This document shows, piece after piece, positions 25,399-34,409 of a DNA stretch of 64,000 bases. The stretch covers positions 9,426,001-9,490,000 of the forward strand of contig NC_058383.1 in NCBI RefSeq assembly GCF_018350175.1, in the 5' to 3' direction. The notes beneath the pieces were generated by a model. That model did not search any database. It worked only from the letters and a program-made list of their open reading frames with translations, and had not been told where the DNA came from. A program made the translations under genes and the position numbers. The stretch is from Felis catus (Eukaryota). Within the stretch, counting starts at the first letter, position 1. Each line of letters starts with the position of its first letter.

Positions 25399-26798
25399 AC
25401 CCCGAGCATGAGCGGGGGAGGGGCAGAGAGAGAGGAGACAGAATCAGAAGCAGGCTCCAGGCTCCGAGCTGTCAGCACAGAACCCGATGCAGGGCTTGAA
25501 CCCACAAACTGCGAGATCATGACCTGAACCAAAGTCTGACGCCTAACCAACTGAGCCACCCAGGCGCCCCATCTGTGTCTTTTAAAATACCTTACAGCAT
25601 ATTTTATTATTTTTAGGTTACAGGTCTTTCGCCCCCTTGGTTAAGTTTATTCCTAAGTATTTATTCCTTTTGATGCCACTGTAAATGGAATTTTGTTTTT
25701 AGTTTACTTTTGAGATCATTTGTTGTTAGTGCATAGACATACAACTAATTTTGAGTGTTGGTTTTGTAATTTTGCAACTTTGCTAAATTCATTTATTCTA
25801 ACAGATTTTTTGGTGTAATCTTTAAGGTTTTCTACACATAAAATCATGTCACCTGCAAACAGAGGTAATTTTACTTCTTCCTTTCCAATTTGGGTGTCCC
25901 TTCCTTCCTTCTTTCCTCCCTCCCTCCCTCCCTCCCTTCCTCTCTCTGGTTAGGACCTCTAGTACAATGTGGAATAGAGGTGGTGCAAGCTGGCATCCTT
26001 GTCTTGTTCCTGATCTTAGAGGAAAAGCTTTCAGTCTTTCACCGTTGAGTATGGTATTACCCGTGGGCTTGTCCTATTTGGCCTTTATTATGTTGAGGTA
26101 TGTTTTTTCGGTTCCTAGTTTGCTGAGGCCCATTTTTCCTTTTTCCTCTGTCCTCAACCCAGATAGAGACCAGTTTGTCCTCTTCCTTCGGGTAATGACC
26201 CTTCCTTCATTTTAAGGTGGACACCTGAAGGAAAGCAGTTGCAAGTTCCCTTCTTCAGAGAATTTCCCCACAGTTCCCTTCCCCTTTCCATTCATTTAGC
26301 CGTTCACAATGCCAACCTTTGTTGGGGCCGCACTGTGTGCCGGGCATGGGCATGGTACTCTCCTGCCCACAGAAGCTTTCACCCCTGTTGTCTCAGCCTT
26401 CACAGGAGCCGTCTGAACTAAGAATGATCTCTGCCTCCATATCCAGCAGCAGATGCGCAGAGGTGCCTGCTCAAAGCAGAGCCAGCTCCTATGACTCCTT
26501 GCCCTGATGTATTAACTCCAGGCTGCTGCTGCTTCTGTGTCCAGCCATTAAGCCGTGTTGCTGGCCCACGGGCAGGTGCCTCCTGTCCCTCCTGAGCTGG
26601 CTGTGATAGAGGTGGAAGGGCTCAGGTCCAGTCCCTGAGGTCTGCTTTCTCTCCTTGCATTGACAGAAGTCCTGGGCCTACGTCAAGAAGTGTAAAACCA
26701 ACATGCGTCCAAACCGGGGCTTGGTGGCTCAGCTGTCAGAGTGGGAGAAGGTCGTCCTCGGAGACCGTGTCACAGACATCTTGGATCCACTCTACTGA
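335..26798 (+). CDS. STYXL1: STYXL1 (MK-STYX) pseudophosphatase, 3' part (last four coding exons; 5' exons outside window)
   Basis: Exons 335-480, 8550-8647, 10319-10431 and 26667-26798 splice in frame (GT-AG) to [20 protein letters not shown]...[20 protein letters not shown]...[23 protein letters not shown]...[13 protein letters not shown] replaces the HCxxGxSRS DUSP active-site motif. Gene order STYXL1-TMEM120A-POR matches known mammalian synteny. Confidence 0.95.
675..880 (+). mobile_element. CAN-SINE
   Basis: ggggcacctgggtggctcagtc...(CT)n, poly(A). Confidence 0.9.
1007..1270. mobile_element. MaLR (MLT1/MST-like) LTR fragment
   Basis: gtcttagtcc...ctgctatggcagaataccatagactg...gtcctcacatggtggaagggg resembles MaLR LTRs; family assigned from memory. 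Confidence 0.6.
1289..1910 (-). mobile_element. 5'-truncated carnivore L1 with TSD
   Basis: ORF2 C-terminal remnant ([25 protein letters not shown]). TSD atttatagtctcacttt 1272-1288 / atttacagtctcacttt 1911-1927. Confidence 0.9.
2237..2432 (+). mobile_element. CAN-SINE
   Basis: ggggcagctgggtggcttactcggtt... Confidence 0.85.
2652..2770 (+). mobile_element. Short tRNA-like CAN-SINE
   Basis: A/B boxes; flanked by aagtattgcctc direct repeat. Confidence 0.85.
3457..3670 (+). mobile_element. CAN-SINE
   Basis: Consensus-like body and tail. Confidence 0.9.
3830..3932 (-). mobile_element. Short CAN-SINE
   Basis: ctctacacccaacatggggctcgaacccatg...gagccagccaggtgcccc. Confidence 0.8.
4165..4382 (-). 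mobile_element. CAN-SINE
   Basis: Consensus-like; TSD agaatccacaattatt on both sides. Confidence 0.9.
5602..5793 (-). mobile_element. CAN-SINE
   Basis: TSD ctgttcagtatttt on both sides. Confidence 0.85.
6225..6392. mobile_element. Two fused, oppositely oriented CAN-SINE 5' halves
   Basis: 6231-6294 is a near reverse complement of 6328-6390. Confidence 0.85.
6395..7370 (-). mobile_element. Old L1 ORF2 fragment interrupted by SINEs
   Basis: T-rich antisense L1 sequence (gctggaattttgattggg...ttgagtctcctgatccatgagcat). Confidence 0.7.
6805..7033 (-). mobile_element. CAN-SINE
   Basis: Consensus-like antisense copy. Confidence 0.9.
7670..7757. repeat. (GGAT)n/(GGA)n purine-rich simple repeat
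   Basis: Seen directly. Confidence 0.8.
7890..8240 (+). mobile_element. L2-like fragment
   Basis: ctcaaatgttacctcctcagtgaagctttccctgacc is typical of the L2 3' region. Confidence 0.5.
8550..8647 (+). CDS. STYXL1: STYXL1 coding exon (3rd from last)
   Basis: gtttag|TTTTGTAG...CTCG|gtaagg; [32 protein letters not shown]. Confidence 0.93.
10319..10431 (+). CDS. STYXL1: STYXL1 penultimate exon (pseudo-active site)
   Basis: ttgcag|AACTT...TTGAAG|gtacgc; [38 protein letters not shown]. Confidence 0.95.
11170..11735 (+). mobile_element. L1M-type 3' end
   Basis: ggaatattagccttaaaaagggaagacattttgaca...caaaaggacaaataccatatgattcc. Confidence 0.75.
13130..13344 (+). mobile_element. Young felid CAN-SINE with perfect TSD
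   Basis: CpGs retained; TSD aaaagatcttcagaga 13114-13129 / 13341-13356. Confidence 0.93.
13890..15150 (-). mobile_element. L1M-type 3' end interrupted by an internal L1 fragment (resumes at 22851-23100)
   Basis: Antisense L1 3'UTR motifs (cctctggcaaccaccattct, catataagtggaatcatacagtatttgtcc). Confidence 0.7.
15812..16265 (-). mobile_element. Two CAN-SINEs (about 15812-16013 and 16075-16265) within L1
   Basis: Antisense SINE bodies. Confidence 0.85.
16382..17185 (-). mobile_element. Young felid-type 5'-truncated L1 nested in older L1
   Basis: Poly(T) at 16382. Perfect 15-bp TSD ttgcacttgttattt at 16367-16381 and 17186-17200. ORF2 C-terminal remnant [41 protein letters not shown]. Confidence 0.9.
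19625..19728 (-). mobile_element. Short CAN-SINE within L1 ORF2
   Basis: ctctacacccaacgtggggcttgaacccac...gagccagccaggtgcc. Confidence 0.8.
20367..20431. repeat. Compound (TG)n(CG)n(TG)n microsatellite
   Basis: Seen directly. Confidence 0.95.
21530..21905. repeat. Polypyrimidine low-complexity tract (CCT)n/(CCTTCT)n/(CCTTCG)n
   Basis: Seen directly. Confidence 0.95.
23226..23440 (+). mobile_element. CAN-SINE
   Basis: TSD ttaaatactttctag on both sides. Confidence 0.88.
23737..23956 (-). mobile_element. CAN-SINE
   Basis: TSD agaatttccttcttt on both sides. Confidence 0.9.
25316..25570 (-). mobile_element. CAN-SINE with long (AG)n
   Basis: Antisense copy, (AG)n at about 25345-25395. Confidence 0.9.
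26667..26798 (+). CDS. STYXL1: STYXL1 last coding exon
   Basis: tgacag|AAGTCC...[49 protein letters not shown]. Confidence 0.93.
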   Translation, partial: KSWAYVKKCKTNMRPNRGLVAQLSEWEKVVLGDRVTDILDPLY

Positions 26799-28079
26799 TC
26801 TCCTCTGTGGCCCAGCTATGGGTCCCGAAGAACCTCGCTTGGGGGCTTCTTGTGGGTACTGGGCCAGGCTGTGTAACCAGGTTGGTGTGGAAAGAGAAGG
26901 CCTTTGCTGCCTGAAGTCATGTAGCAGCCTCCTGTAGTGGTTCTTCTCCGGCTCCTCCTTCATGCCACAGAGCAGGCAAGACTCAGCAGGAATCCCCCCA
27001 TCCCTGGGTCATCCTGGACACCCTTCCTGCACTCCTGAGGCTGCCTCTGGAAAAGCATTTGGCTGTCTGAACAGCTATCCCACACGCCCCGGTGATTTGG
27101 ACCCTTTGGAGGCTATCTGGGAGGAGTTCCAGGGGAACTGCCTTACGTTGGTCCACAGGGGTGTCACAGTGCCCACCTACGGGCAGAGATCCCCATCTCC
27201 CCCCCCCCCCCCCCCCAGCTCCAGAGATGCCAGGCCCAGCCTTAGCCCAGGTGTCAGTCTCCACAGTTCTGACAGGTTTCTGGCACGGGGCACACCGTTG
27301 CCTCATCCCTGGTCCTAGAACTCCCCAGCCAGTCTGATGGCTTCTTGAGAGTTCCTTTCCTTCTCCCCCACTCGTTTCCTCCTGGCTGGCTTCCCCAAGA
27401 AGAGATTTCCACCGCTCCTATCTCCCACACCCATGCTTCTAGAAATTCCTCAGGTCGTAGGGGGATTTTCTTCGGAATGTGCTTCCAAGCCCTGGAAGCA
27501 CCCACAGCACAAGTCAGGAGATGGCACAGACGATGGGACTGACAGGGAATTTGGGATGTCTGCCCCTGTTCAGTCAGCCAACATTCTCTGCCACCCACGT
27601 GCGGCTGGGGAGGGACCTAGAGGTGAAGGCCATCTCACCTTCCAGGACTCTTTGCAGAAGGGTGAAATTGTCCTGCTCCCCAACGGAAGCCCAAGCCCTC
27701 AAGGAGTGGGGTTTTGCCCGACGGATAAGGGCTTTCCAGCCAGCTCAGGCCTGAAATCCGTTGGGCTAGGAACTGGAACAGAGTTTGGGAAGGCTGCAAA
27801 CAATGGCTCTGTGGGTTAGGGACCTCCTGGTAGGAAGGGCAGAGCCGCTGGCACGTTTTCTTTGGGGACCTGGTGGGGATTAGCCTTGTGTGTTAGGACG
27901 GGCAGTCTGGTGGCTCCTGCAAGGAGTGTAGCGGTGAGTCTGGAGGCTGGGAGACCGTAAGGCTGCCGCTGTAAAAATCCAAGCCAGAAGAGAGGCTTGG
28001 AATCCTCTTCCTGCAGAGGTGCTGCTTTCCCAAGGACGAAAGTGTTTGAGGCAGGGGTCACCACCGTGGGCTTCAGTTT

Positions 28080-28960
28080 ACTGTCAGCGTGACCGGGCGG
28101 AGCTCTGCGGGGCGTAGCACGTGGCTGGCATGATCCCGTGGAGCCGGAGCCGGAGCCGGCGACCCCGGCGCGCGCCAGCCCCAGGATGGGCTGTGAGCTG
28201 CGAGCGGCGGGGAGAGCGCCCCAGCACACGTGGCCCCGCCCCCGCCCCGCCCAGGGCTCGGATTGGCTCAGGCAGGGGGCGGGGCTAGCGCTCTGGTAGC
28301 TTCAGGCCTTTTCCCATTGGTGGTCTTGGCGGCGCGAGCCCGGAAGCGGACGGGGGCGGCGGCGGAGGAGGCTGAGGCGCCTCGGGCGGGCCGGGGTTGC
28401 GGCGAGGTCCCAAGACTCGGCTTGTCCGGCTTGTGGCCCGGCAGCCATGCACCCCCCGGCCCCGGGCCCGTTAGGCGACTGCCTGCGGGACTGGGAGGAG
28501 CTGCAGCAGGACTTCCAGAGCCTCCAGGTGAGTGCCAGTGCGGGCGTCCATTGGCCCAGAGCCACGTCCCTCTGGCTCGAGGTCAAGGGTCGGGCAGCCC
28601 TGGGTCAGGCAGTGGGGGCTCAGGGCCAAGGGTCGAGGACGCTGGCGTGGCACCCGAGGGCGAGGAGGCCCTGGGTGCTGGTGGCCCTAGCTGGACCCTC
28701 CTCTCGGCCTCAAATGAGTGTCCGGCGGCAGCCCCCATCGCCGGCACTGCCGCTGCGATCCTGGTGGGGACCCGCTGCACCTAGCGGACCTGGGGCCTTG
28801 TGCGGGGGCCTCGGAAAGAGGTCCCTGCCCCGTCCTCTCCCAGGAGAGCGGCCTCCTGAGTCAAAGCCGGCCAGGCCCAGTCTTGGGTCGGTCACCTCGC
28901 AAACATGCCTCGGGCGCCGGCACGGCTGGAGCCAGAGCAGCGCCAGCAGCGCGGTCCCCG
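28080..28960 (+). promoter_or_regulatory. TMEM120A CpG-island promoter
   Basis: Dense CpG around exon 1. CACGTG at 28118 and 28227, tandem GC boxes 28234-28252, inverted CCAAT (ATTGG) at 28262, ETS-like CCGGAAG at 28340, no TATA box seen. Confidence 0.85.
28447..28527 (+). CDS. TMEM120A: TMEM120A exon 1 (coding part)
   Basis: [27 protein letters not shown]|gtgagt. Confidence 0.95.
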
Positions 28961-31900
28961 CCCTAGGACAGCGCTGGGAGGTCTGGGCTCCCCCGGGAGG
29001 CAGGGTAGTGGTGTGTAGGTGAAGTGCCTGGATGGGGGCGGGGCCCATCCAGGGTGAAGGACAGCAGCTACGGAGGCAGGACTATGTGGCTACTGTAAAG
29101 AGAGTGAGGGGAGAAGTGGGTGGGCCAGACCCTGCAGGGACCTCATGGATGGAATCGGAATCTTTCTGATACCAGTAGGGAGCCATGGGAGGAAGTGTCT
29201 GGATCTGACTTGTATGCACCCTGTGCTGTTCTGTGGGGAGCCCCGAGGGGAGGGGTGAAGGCTGCTGGTCTCCTCTGGACAGGAGAAACTGGTTGGTAGG
29301 GGTGGCAGATGTAGCACGTGTTGGGTTCTGAGGGGGGTGCGGTGGCCCCTTTGGGCCAGGAGAAACAAAAGAAGACCTAGAAAGGGTAGAGTACCTAGGC
29401 TGGCTGGGTACTTGGTCATGGCTTTATCTCTCCTGTACTGGTTCCAGCTCCTTCCTGTCTGCACTGAAGCCTTGTAGCCCAGCCTGGGCCTGGCCAAGGC
29501 TACTGTCACTAAAGTTTCTCCTGGAGTCCTGAGCAGGGCAGACTTAGTCTCCCAGCCTGGCCACCCCTGTCTGACCTTCCTCACACTTCCTATGGTTGTC
29601 TCCAGGCTTCTCCTCTGGAAACTCACCCACCAGGGCAAAGTGCTCTGGGAAGCTTTGGGCCAAAGGTGCTGGGGGAGGGGTAGAAGGACTGATCTTACAG
29701 CTGGAGGTCTAAGGGCTGGAGCCTGATGACCTTTAACCTGGGAAGCAGATGCGGGGAGTGCCAGAGCAGCAGGCGTCTTGGACAACCTCAGCTCCCCTGT
29801 GCTAGCAGGCCGGGTAGGCAGGAGGATCCGAGAGGACCAGAATGGCTTCAGGCAGCCTGATTGGTCCAGAAGGTAGACCTTGGGCCTAGAATCTGAACTC
29901 GAGGTGGGAACAACTAGTAGGTGGGCTGAGACCAAGAAACTTTCAGAAACTAGTCTGTTTCTGGGACAAGGGGGTCGTGATGGCCTCTGGGCTTTGAGGA
30001 GGAGCCCCATCCCCTTGCCTGCCTTGGGGAGAGGGCAACCTCAGGGAGGTCCTTGGGCCGGCTGTCTCCTTTCTTTCTCAGACCCTCCAGAGGAGCCCCT
30101 GGGGCGTCTCTGCCCCACGCCCTGTCCAGCAGGCGCTGGCTCAGGGGCCTTCTAACCAGCCTGAGCCTTCCCCTGCCTGCTCCCCAGGAGACCCACCGGC
30201 TGTACCGCCTGAAGCTGGAGGAGCTGATCAAGCTGCAGAACAGTTGTACCAGCTCTATCACTCGGCAGAAGAAGCGGCTCCAGGAGCTGGCTCTTGTCCT
30301 GAAGAAGTTAGGACCCTCCCCCGCCGCTTCCATAGTCCCCCATGCCTCCCATACTGCCCTGGCCTAGGGCTGGGGAGTGGGTGTCGGATCTGGGTTGGGG
30401 GGAGAGCTGGCACTGACTCCTGAGTGTCCCGGGCGTGGCGTCTCCCCTCGCTGGGTCCTGTTGACCCTCCTGCCCCACGGGTGTCGGCTGGGGATACCTG
30501 GGGGCCCCCTGCCCTGACTCTGGCTTCTGTCTACCTGCAGATGCAAACCCTCCCTTCAGTCGGAGGCTGAGGAGGCTGCACGGGAACTGGAGAACCAGAT
30601 CAAGGAGCGCCAAGGCCTCTTCTTCGATATGGAGGCCTATTTGCCCAAGAAGAATGGGTGAGACCCCCTCCCCCAAGCTCCGTTCACAGATGCTCCTGGG
30701 CGGCGGCCTGAAGCGCAGTTTCCTTTGGTTGCTTGGCTGGCAAATGTTCCCTCGACCTACTCTGGGCCGAACAGTCAGGCCCAGCCCTGTGTCCGGGAGA
30801 TGGCACGAGTGACAGTGACAGTTCACGGAGATGGGTGCTTTGGGGAGGAAGGACAAGAACTAGAGGAGGACAGTGAGGGGTGCCTCACCCAACCTGAAGG
30901 TCAGGGAAAGCGTGGAGCACGAAGGAGTGAGCCTGGCGGGCATGGGAGGGTGGAAACCGCAGGTCTGGCCAGAGCTCAGGGAGGTGGTGGGCGACCAGAG
31001 GGGAAACCAGGCCTCGGAGTTTGCTTCGGCCCCAGTAGGCCGGGCAGAGGGACCTTTAGATCAGCCACCGTCACTGAGGAGAGTGGCAGGGGACGGTGTA
31101 CAACCCTTGGCCGAGTAAAAGAGACCGCAGGCAGCAAGACAGCCCCCCCTTCTGGAGGGGACAGCAGCCTCAGACCAGATGGCCCAGGGGGGTCAGATGC
31201 CATACGGAAGGGAAATGTTTCCTGGAAGTCAGGGCGGCCTTGGAGAGAACCACTCCACAGGATGGTGGAGGTGGAAGTTGGTAAGCGGGTGACCAAGAGC
31301 TGGGGGACGGGCACATTTAGGCAGCTCTTCCCAAGCTTGGCTGTGAGTGGAAGGGGAAACCAGCAACTGGAACTTGGCCTAGGGGTGGGGGTGGGGGAGT
31401 GCTTTTGCTGCGCCCTCGTTTGTGTGTGTGTGTGTGCGAGTGTGTTACTTTGTACCTGGGGAAGACCTGGGCACATCTACTTCGGGGAGGTGGGACCCTC
31501 GGAGTGGGAGACCCAGTAAAGGGAAATCCCTGGGGAGGTGGGCAGGGCTGGGCGTGGGCCCTTCTCATTTGTGAGGGGAGGGCGTGCGGAGAGGGTGAGG
31601 AGGGAGGCCCAGGAGAGGTCAGCCGCCTGGAGGGAGGGTTTGACGAGGCCACTGCAGGGATGGCATTGGGAGCTGGGGGTTACGGGGTCGACGAAGTGGC
31701 TGACGTGCAAGGAGGGCTCGAAACCTCAGCTGGCTTGGGAAAGGAGCCTGGGGTTGGGGGGTCTGGAAGCCTCAGAGAGGGCCAGGGTCCACATGGGGCA
31801 ACCCACCTGGGAGGCTCAGGGTCAGAGCACAGGCTGAATTTCGGAGGGAGCCCTTCTGGGCCGGGAGGGGGCCCTGGCGGGGCGGACTGGGGGCTGAAGG

Positions 31901-34000
31901 CTGTCAGGTAGCAGGAATGGAGGAGGTGATAGCGGGTGTGCGCGCTCACGGGCACTGAGCCCTGCCCCGGGCTCGCAGGGGCGATCCGAGATGTGGGCAC
32001 GGCTGCCGGAGGGTGGGAGAGCCAGGCCGCCCTGGAGGCCCTGGGGAGAGACCAGGGAGGGGACGCTGCTGGTTTACCCTGGAGCGGGACTGGGGAGCCG
32101 GCAGAGAGGCTGGGCCTTGGCGTCTCCCTCCCCTCGAGTGGGTCCGCAGCACCCCCAAGGTCGGAACCCTAGGCCACGGGAAGTCCGGGTAGGGATGGCG
32201 GCCCCAGCTCTGCGCCTTTGGCTGCCCTCCCCGTCGGAGCCTCTCCTCACCTGCTGTCCCCTCTCCTAGGTTGTACCTGAGCCTGGTTCTGGGCAATGTC
32301 AACGTGACACTCCTGAGCAAGCAGGCTAAGTAATTTGTTGTTGTGGGCTGGGTCCCCACCCTGCTCGCCACCCTCCCGGGTCCTTTCCATCCTGCCCCAG
32401 CTGCCCCGGCTAAGCCTCGGGGCGCAGCAGCGGTCAGCGCCGGGGTCGCTGTCCCGGGCCAGCCCGTGCCTCCTGCGGAAGTGTGTCTGGAACAGGAGCC
32501 TCCCTTCCGGGTGGAGGCGAGGGTGGGCCCTGCCGGCACCCCGGCCTGTCCCACGAGTGTGTGCCCACCCAGGTTTGCCTACAAGGACGAGTACGAGAAG
32601 TTCAAGCTCTACCTCACCATCATCCTCATCGTCATCTCCTTCACCTGCCGCTTCCTCCTCAACTCCAGGTGGGTGCGCTGCTCAGGACTAGGCCCCTGCC
32701 CCCCCTCCAGGCTCTGGCACCAACCCTCGGTCCCCTCCTCAGGGTGACAGACGCCGCCTTCAACTTCCTGCTGGTCTGGTATTACTGCACGCTGACCATC
32801 CGAGAGAGCATCCTCATCAACAACGGCTCCCGGTGGGCGAGGGGGCGAGGCGGGTGCTGGAGCTCCCCGGGGAGGGGGTGCGTGCCCCGGGCCCCCGAGA
32901 AGCAGGCACTGGACCGGGGTGCTGCTTTCTTCCCGCTTCGGCCTTGCTCCCTGTCCCTGAGCACCAGTCCTGGGGGTTGAGGGGACAGGAGTGACACTGG
33001 CTTCCCTATGTATGCAGGATCAAAGGCTGGTGGGTTTTCCATCATTACGTGTCCACCTTCCTGTCAGGAGTCATGCTGACGTGGTGAGTGGCAGGGCTTG
33101 GCTCCCAGGCCCTGGGGGGTCGAGGGGGTGAGTGCGGGCCAGAAAGGTGGTGCCCCCCGAGCTCCTTACCCTTCCCACCTCTTTCTACCTCAGGCCTGAC
33201 GGCCTCATGTACCAGAAGTTCCGGAACCAATTCCTGTCTTTCTCCATGTACCAGAGTGAGTATCTCAGAGGGCCCCGCTCGGCTCAGGAATCCCCCACGG
33301 GGAGGGGCGGGCCGAGGACTTGGGGCCCCAGCCTGGTTCTGATGCCCCCGCCCCAGGCTTTGTGCAGTTCCTGCAGTATTACTACCAGAGCGGCTGCCTG
33401 TACCGCCTGCGGGCCCTGGGCGAGAGGCACACTATGGACCTCACTGTGGGTGAGTCGGGCGTGGCTGCCCTGCTTGGGAGCCCTGACAGGGGGGCCGGAA
33501 AGGGAAGTCCTCTCCTGTCCACGTGGGTCTGAGAGACCATGCCCATCTCCGTCCTCTTTCCTCCCCGCAGAGGGCTTCCAGTCCTGGATGTGGCGGGGCC
33601 TCACCTTCCTGCTGCCCTTTCTTTTCTTTGGACACGTAAGTCGTCCCTGCCCCTGCGCGTCTGGTTGGGCATCCCCGTGTTCTGGCTTTGGGCCCGAGTG
33701 GGGACCGGGATCTGCTGCTTGAAACCTCCCATTCCTCCCAGTTCTGGCAGCTTTTTAACGCGCTGACGTTGTTCAACCTGGCCCGGGATCCTGAGTGCAA
33801 GGAGTGGCAGGTGAGCGGGGGGGGGGGGGGGCCGGAGAGGCATGCCGGGAGGGCCGGCGCCGTCCTGACCCCGCTTCCTCCCCCAGGTGCTCATGTGCGG
33901 CTTCCCCTTCCTCCTACTCTTCCTTGGCAACTTCTTCACCACCCTGCGGGTTGTGCACCAGAAATTCCACAGTCAGAGGCGTGGGAGCAAGAAAGAATGA
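28447..34000 (+). CDS. TMEM120A: TMEM120A (TACAN/NET29), complete, 12 exons, 343 aa
   Basis: gccATG at 28447. Exons sum to 1032 nt (343 aa + TGA). [23 protein letters not shown]... N-terminal coiled coil, [10 protein letters not shown] motif, hydrophobic TM segments, ...[10 protein letters not shown]. Confidence 0.97.
30188..30306 (+). CDS. TMEM120A: TMEM120A exon 2
   Basis: ccccag|[39 protein letters not shown]|gttagg. Confidence 0.95.
30541..30657 (+). CDS. TMEM120A: TMEM120A exon 3
   Basis: ctgcag|[38 protein letters not shown]|gtgaga. Confidence 0.95.
32270..32329 (+). CDS. TMEM120A: TMEM120A exon 4
   Basis: tcctag|[19 protein letters not shown]|gtaatt. Confidence 0.95.
   Translation, partial: VVPEPGSGQCQRDTPEQAG
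32573..32668 (+). CDS. TMEM120A: TMEM120A exon 5
   Basis: acccag|[31 protein letters not shown]|gtgggt. Confidence 0.95.
32743..32832 (+). CDS. TMEM120A: TMEM120A exon 6
   Basis: cctcag|[29 protein letters not shown]|gtgggc. Confidence 0.95.
33018..33083 (+). CDS. TMEM120A: TMEM120A exon 7
   Basis: atgcag|[21 protein letters not shown]|gtgagt. Confidence 0.95.
33194..33255 (+). CDS. TMEM120A: TMEM120A exon 8
   Basis: cctcag|[20 protein letters not shown]|gtgagt. Confidence 0.95.
33357..33449 (+). CDS. TMEM120A: TMEM120A exon 9
   Basis: ccccag|[30 protein letters not shown]|gtgagt. Confidence 0.95.
33571..33635 (+). CDS. TMEM120A: TMEM120A exon 10
   Basis: ccgcag|[21 protein letters not shown]|gtaagt. 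Confidence 0.95.
33742..33810 (+). CDS. TMEM120A: TMEM120A exon 11
   Basis: tcccag|[23 protein letters not shown]|gtgagc. Confidence 0.95.
33887..34000 (+). CDS. TMEM120A: TMEM120A exon 12 (coding part)
   Basis: ccccag|[37 protein letters not shown]. Confidence 0.95.
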   Translation: MLMCGFPFLLLFLGNFFTTLRVVHQKFHSQRRGSKKE

Positions 34001-34218
34001 GCCTGGGCCTTCCCCCGCCCGCCCGGCTCCCTACGACACCCCTGGCCTGGAAGCGGGTTCTGGCCCCTGTGTTGAGGGGGTAGGGGGCTCCCCTCAACCG
34101 GGAGGGTCTCTTCTCTCCCTGGGGTGTTGTGGGCTCTGTGGGCCCCAAAGGCTGTGCTGGAGAGGAGGGGCCTGGGCCTATGGCCCAGGCCTGCGGGGAG
34201 CTGGGGGCCAGCAGCCTC

Positions 34219-34224
34219 AATAAA
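34219..34224 (+). terminator. TMEM120A poly(A) signal AATAAA
   Basis: Canonical hexamer about 220 nt after the stop codon. Confidence 0.8.
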
Positions 34225-34403
34225 GGAAGAGCGGCACAGAGGTGGCTTGAGGCGTGTGCTCTCCGAAGGGTGAGGCAGGGCCTCTGCGCCACCACAGCAT
34301 GGGTTCTCGGGGCTCCTGAGCTGCTCTCTGGGGGTCTGAGTAGACCCAGGGGGAGGCCCCGGATCTGCTCAAGCAATACCAGTCAAAATACAGAAAACAG
34401 AAC

Positions 34404-34409
34404 TTTATT
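34404..34409 (-). terminator. POR poly(A) signal AATAAA
   Basis: tttatt on +, about 320 nt after the POR stop, followed on the minus strand by T/GT-rich sequence. Confidence 0.85.

Larger units (their letters stand above)
23100..26110 (-). mobile_element. Second L1M-type element (3'UTR + ORF2 3' part) with nested SINEs
   Basis: New L1 3' end at about 23100; ORF2 remnants ([37 protein letters not shown]). Confidence 0.8.

Noticed and set aside
29090..30010. 306-aa antisense ORF in TMEM120A intron 1
   Set aside because: No recognisable domain; composition is typical of chance ORFs in GC-rich DNA.
30307..30312. Weak donors gttagg (TMEM120A intron 2) and gtgctg (POR, 36820-36815)
   Set aside because: Both are still GT-AG with correct phase, and the sequence alone gives no evidence of mis-splicing.
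30725..31519. 264-aa ORF in TMEM120A intron 3
   Set aside because: Non-ATG start, Gly/Arg-rich, overlaps L2-like and (TG)n sequence, and shows no homology I can recognise.
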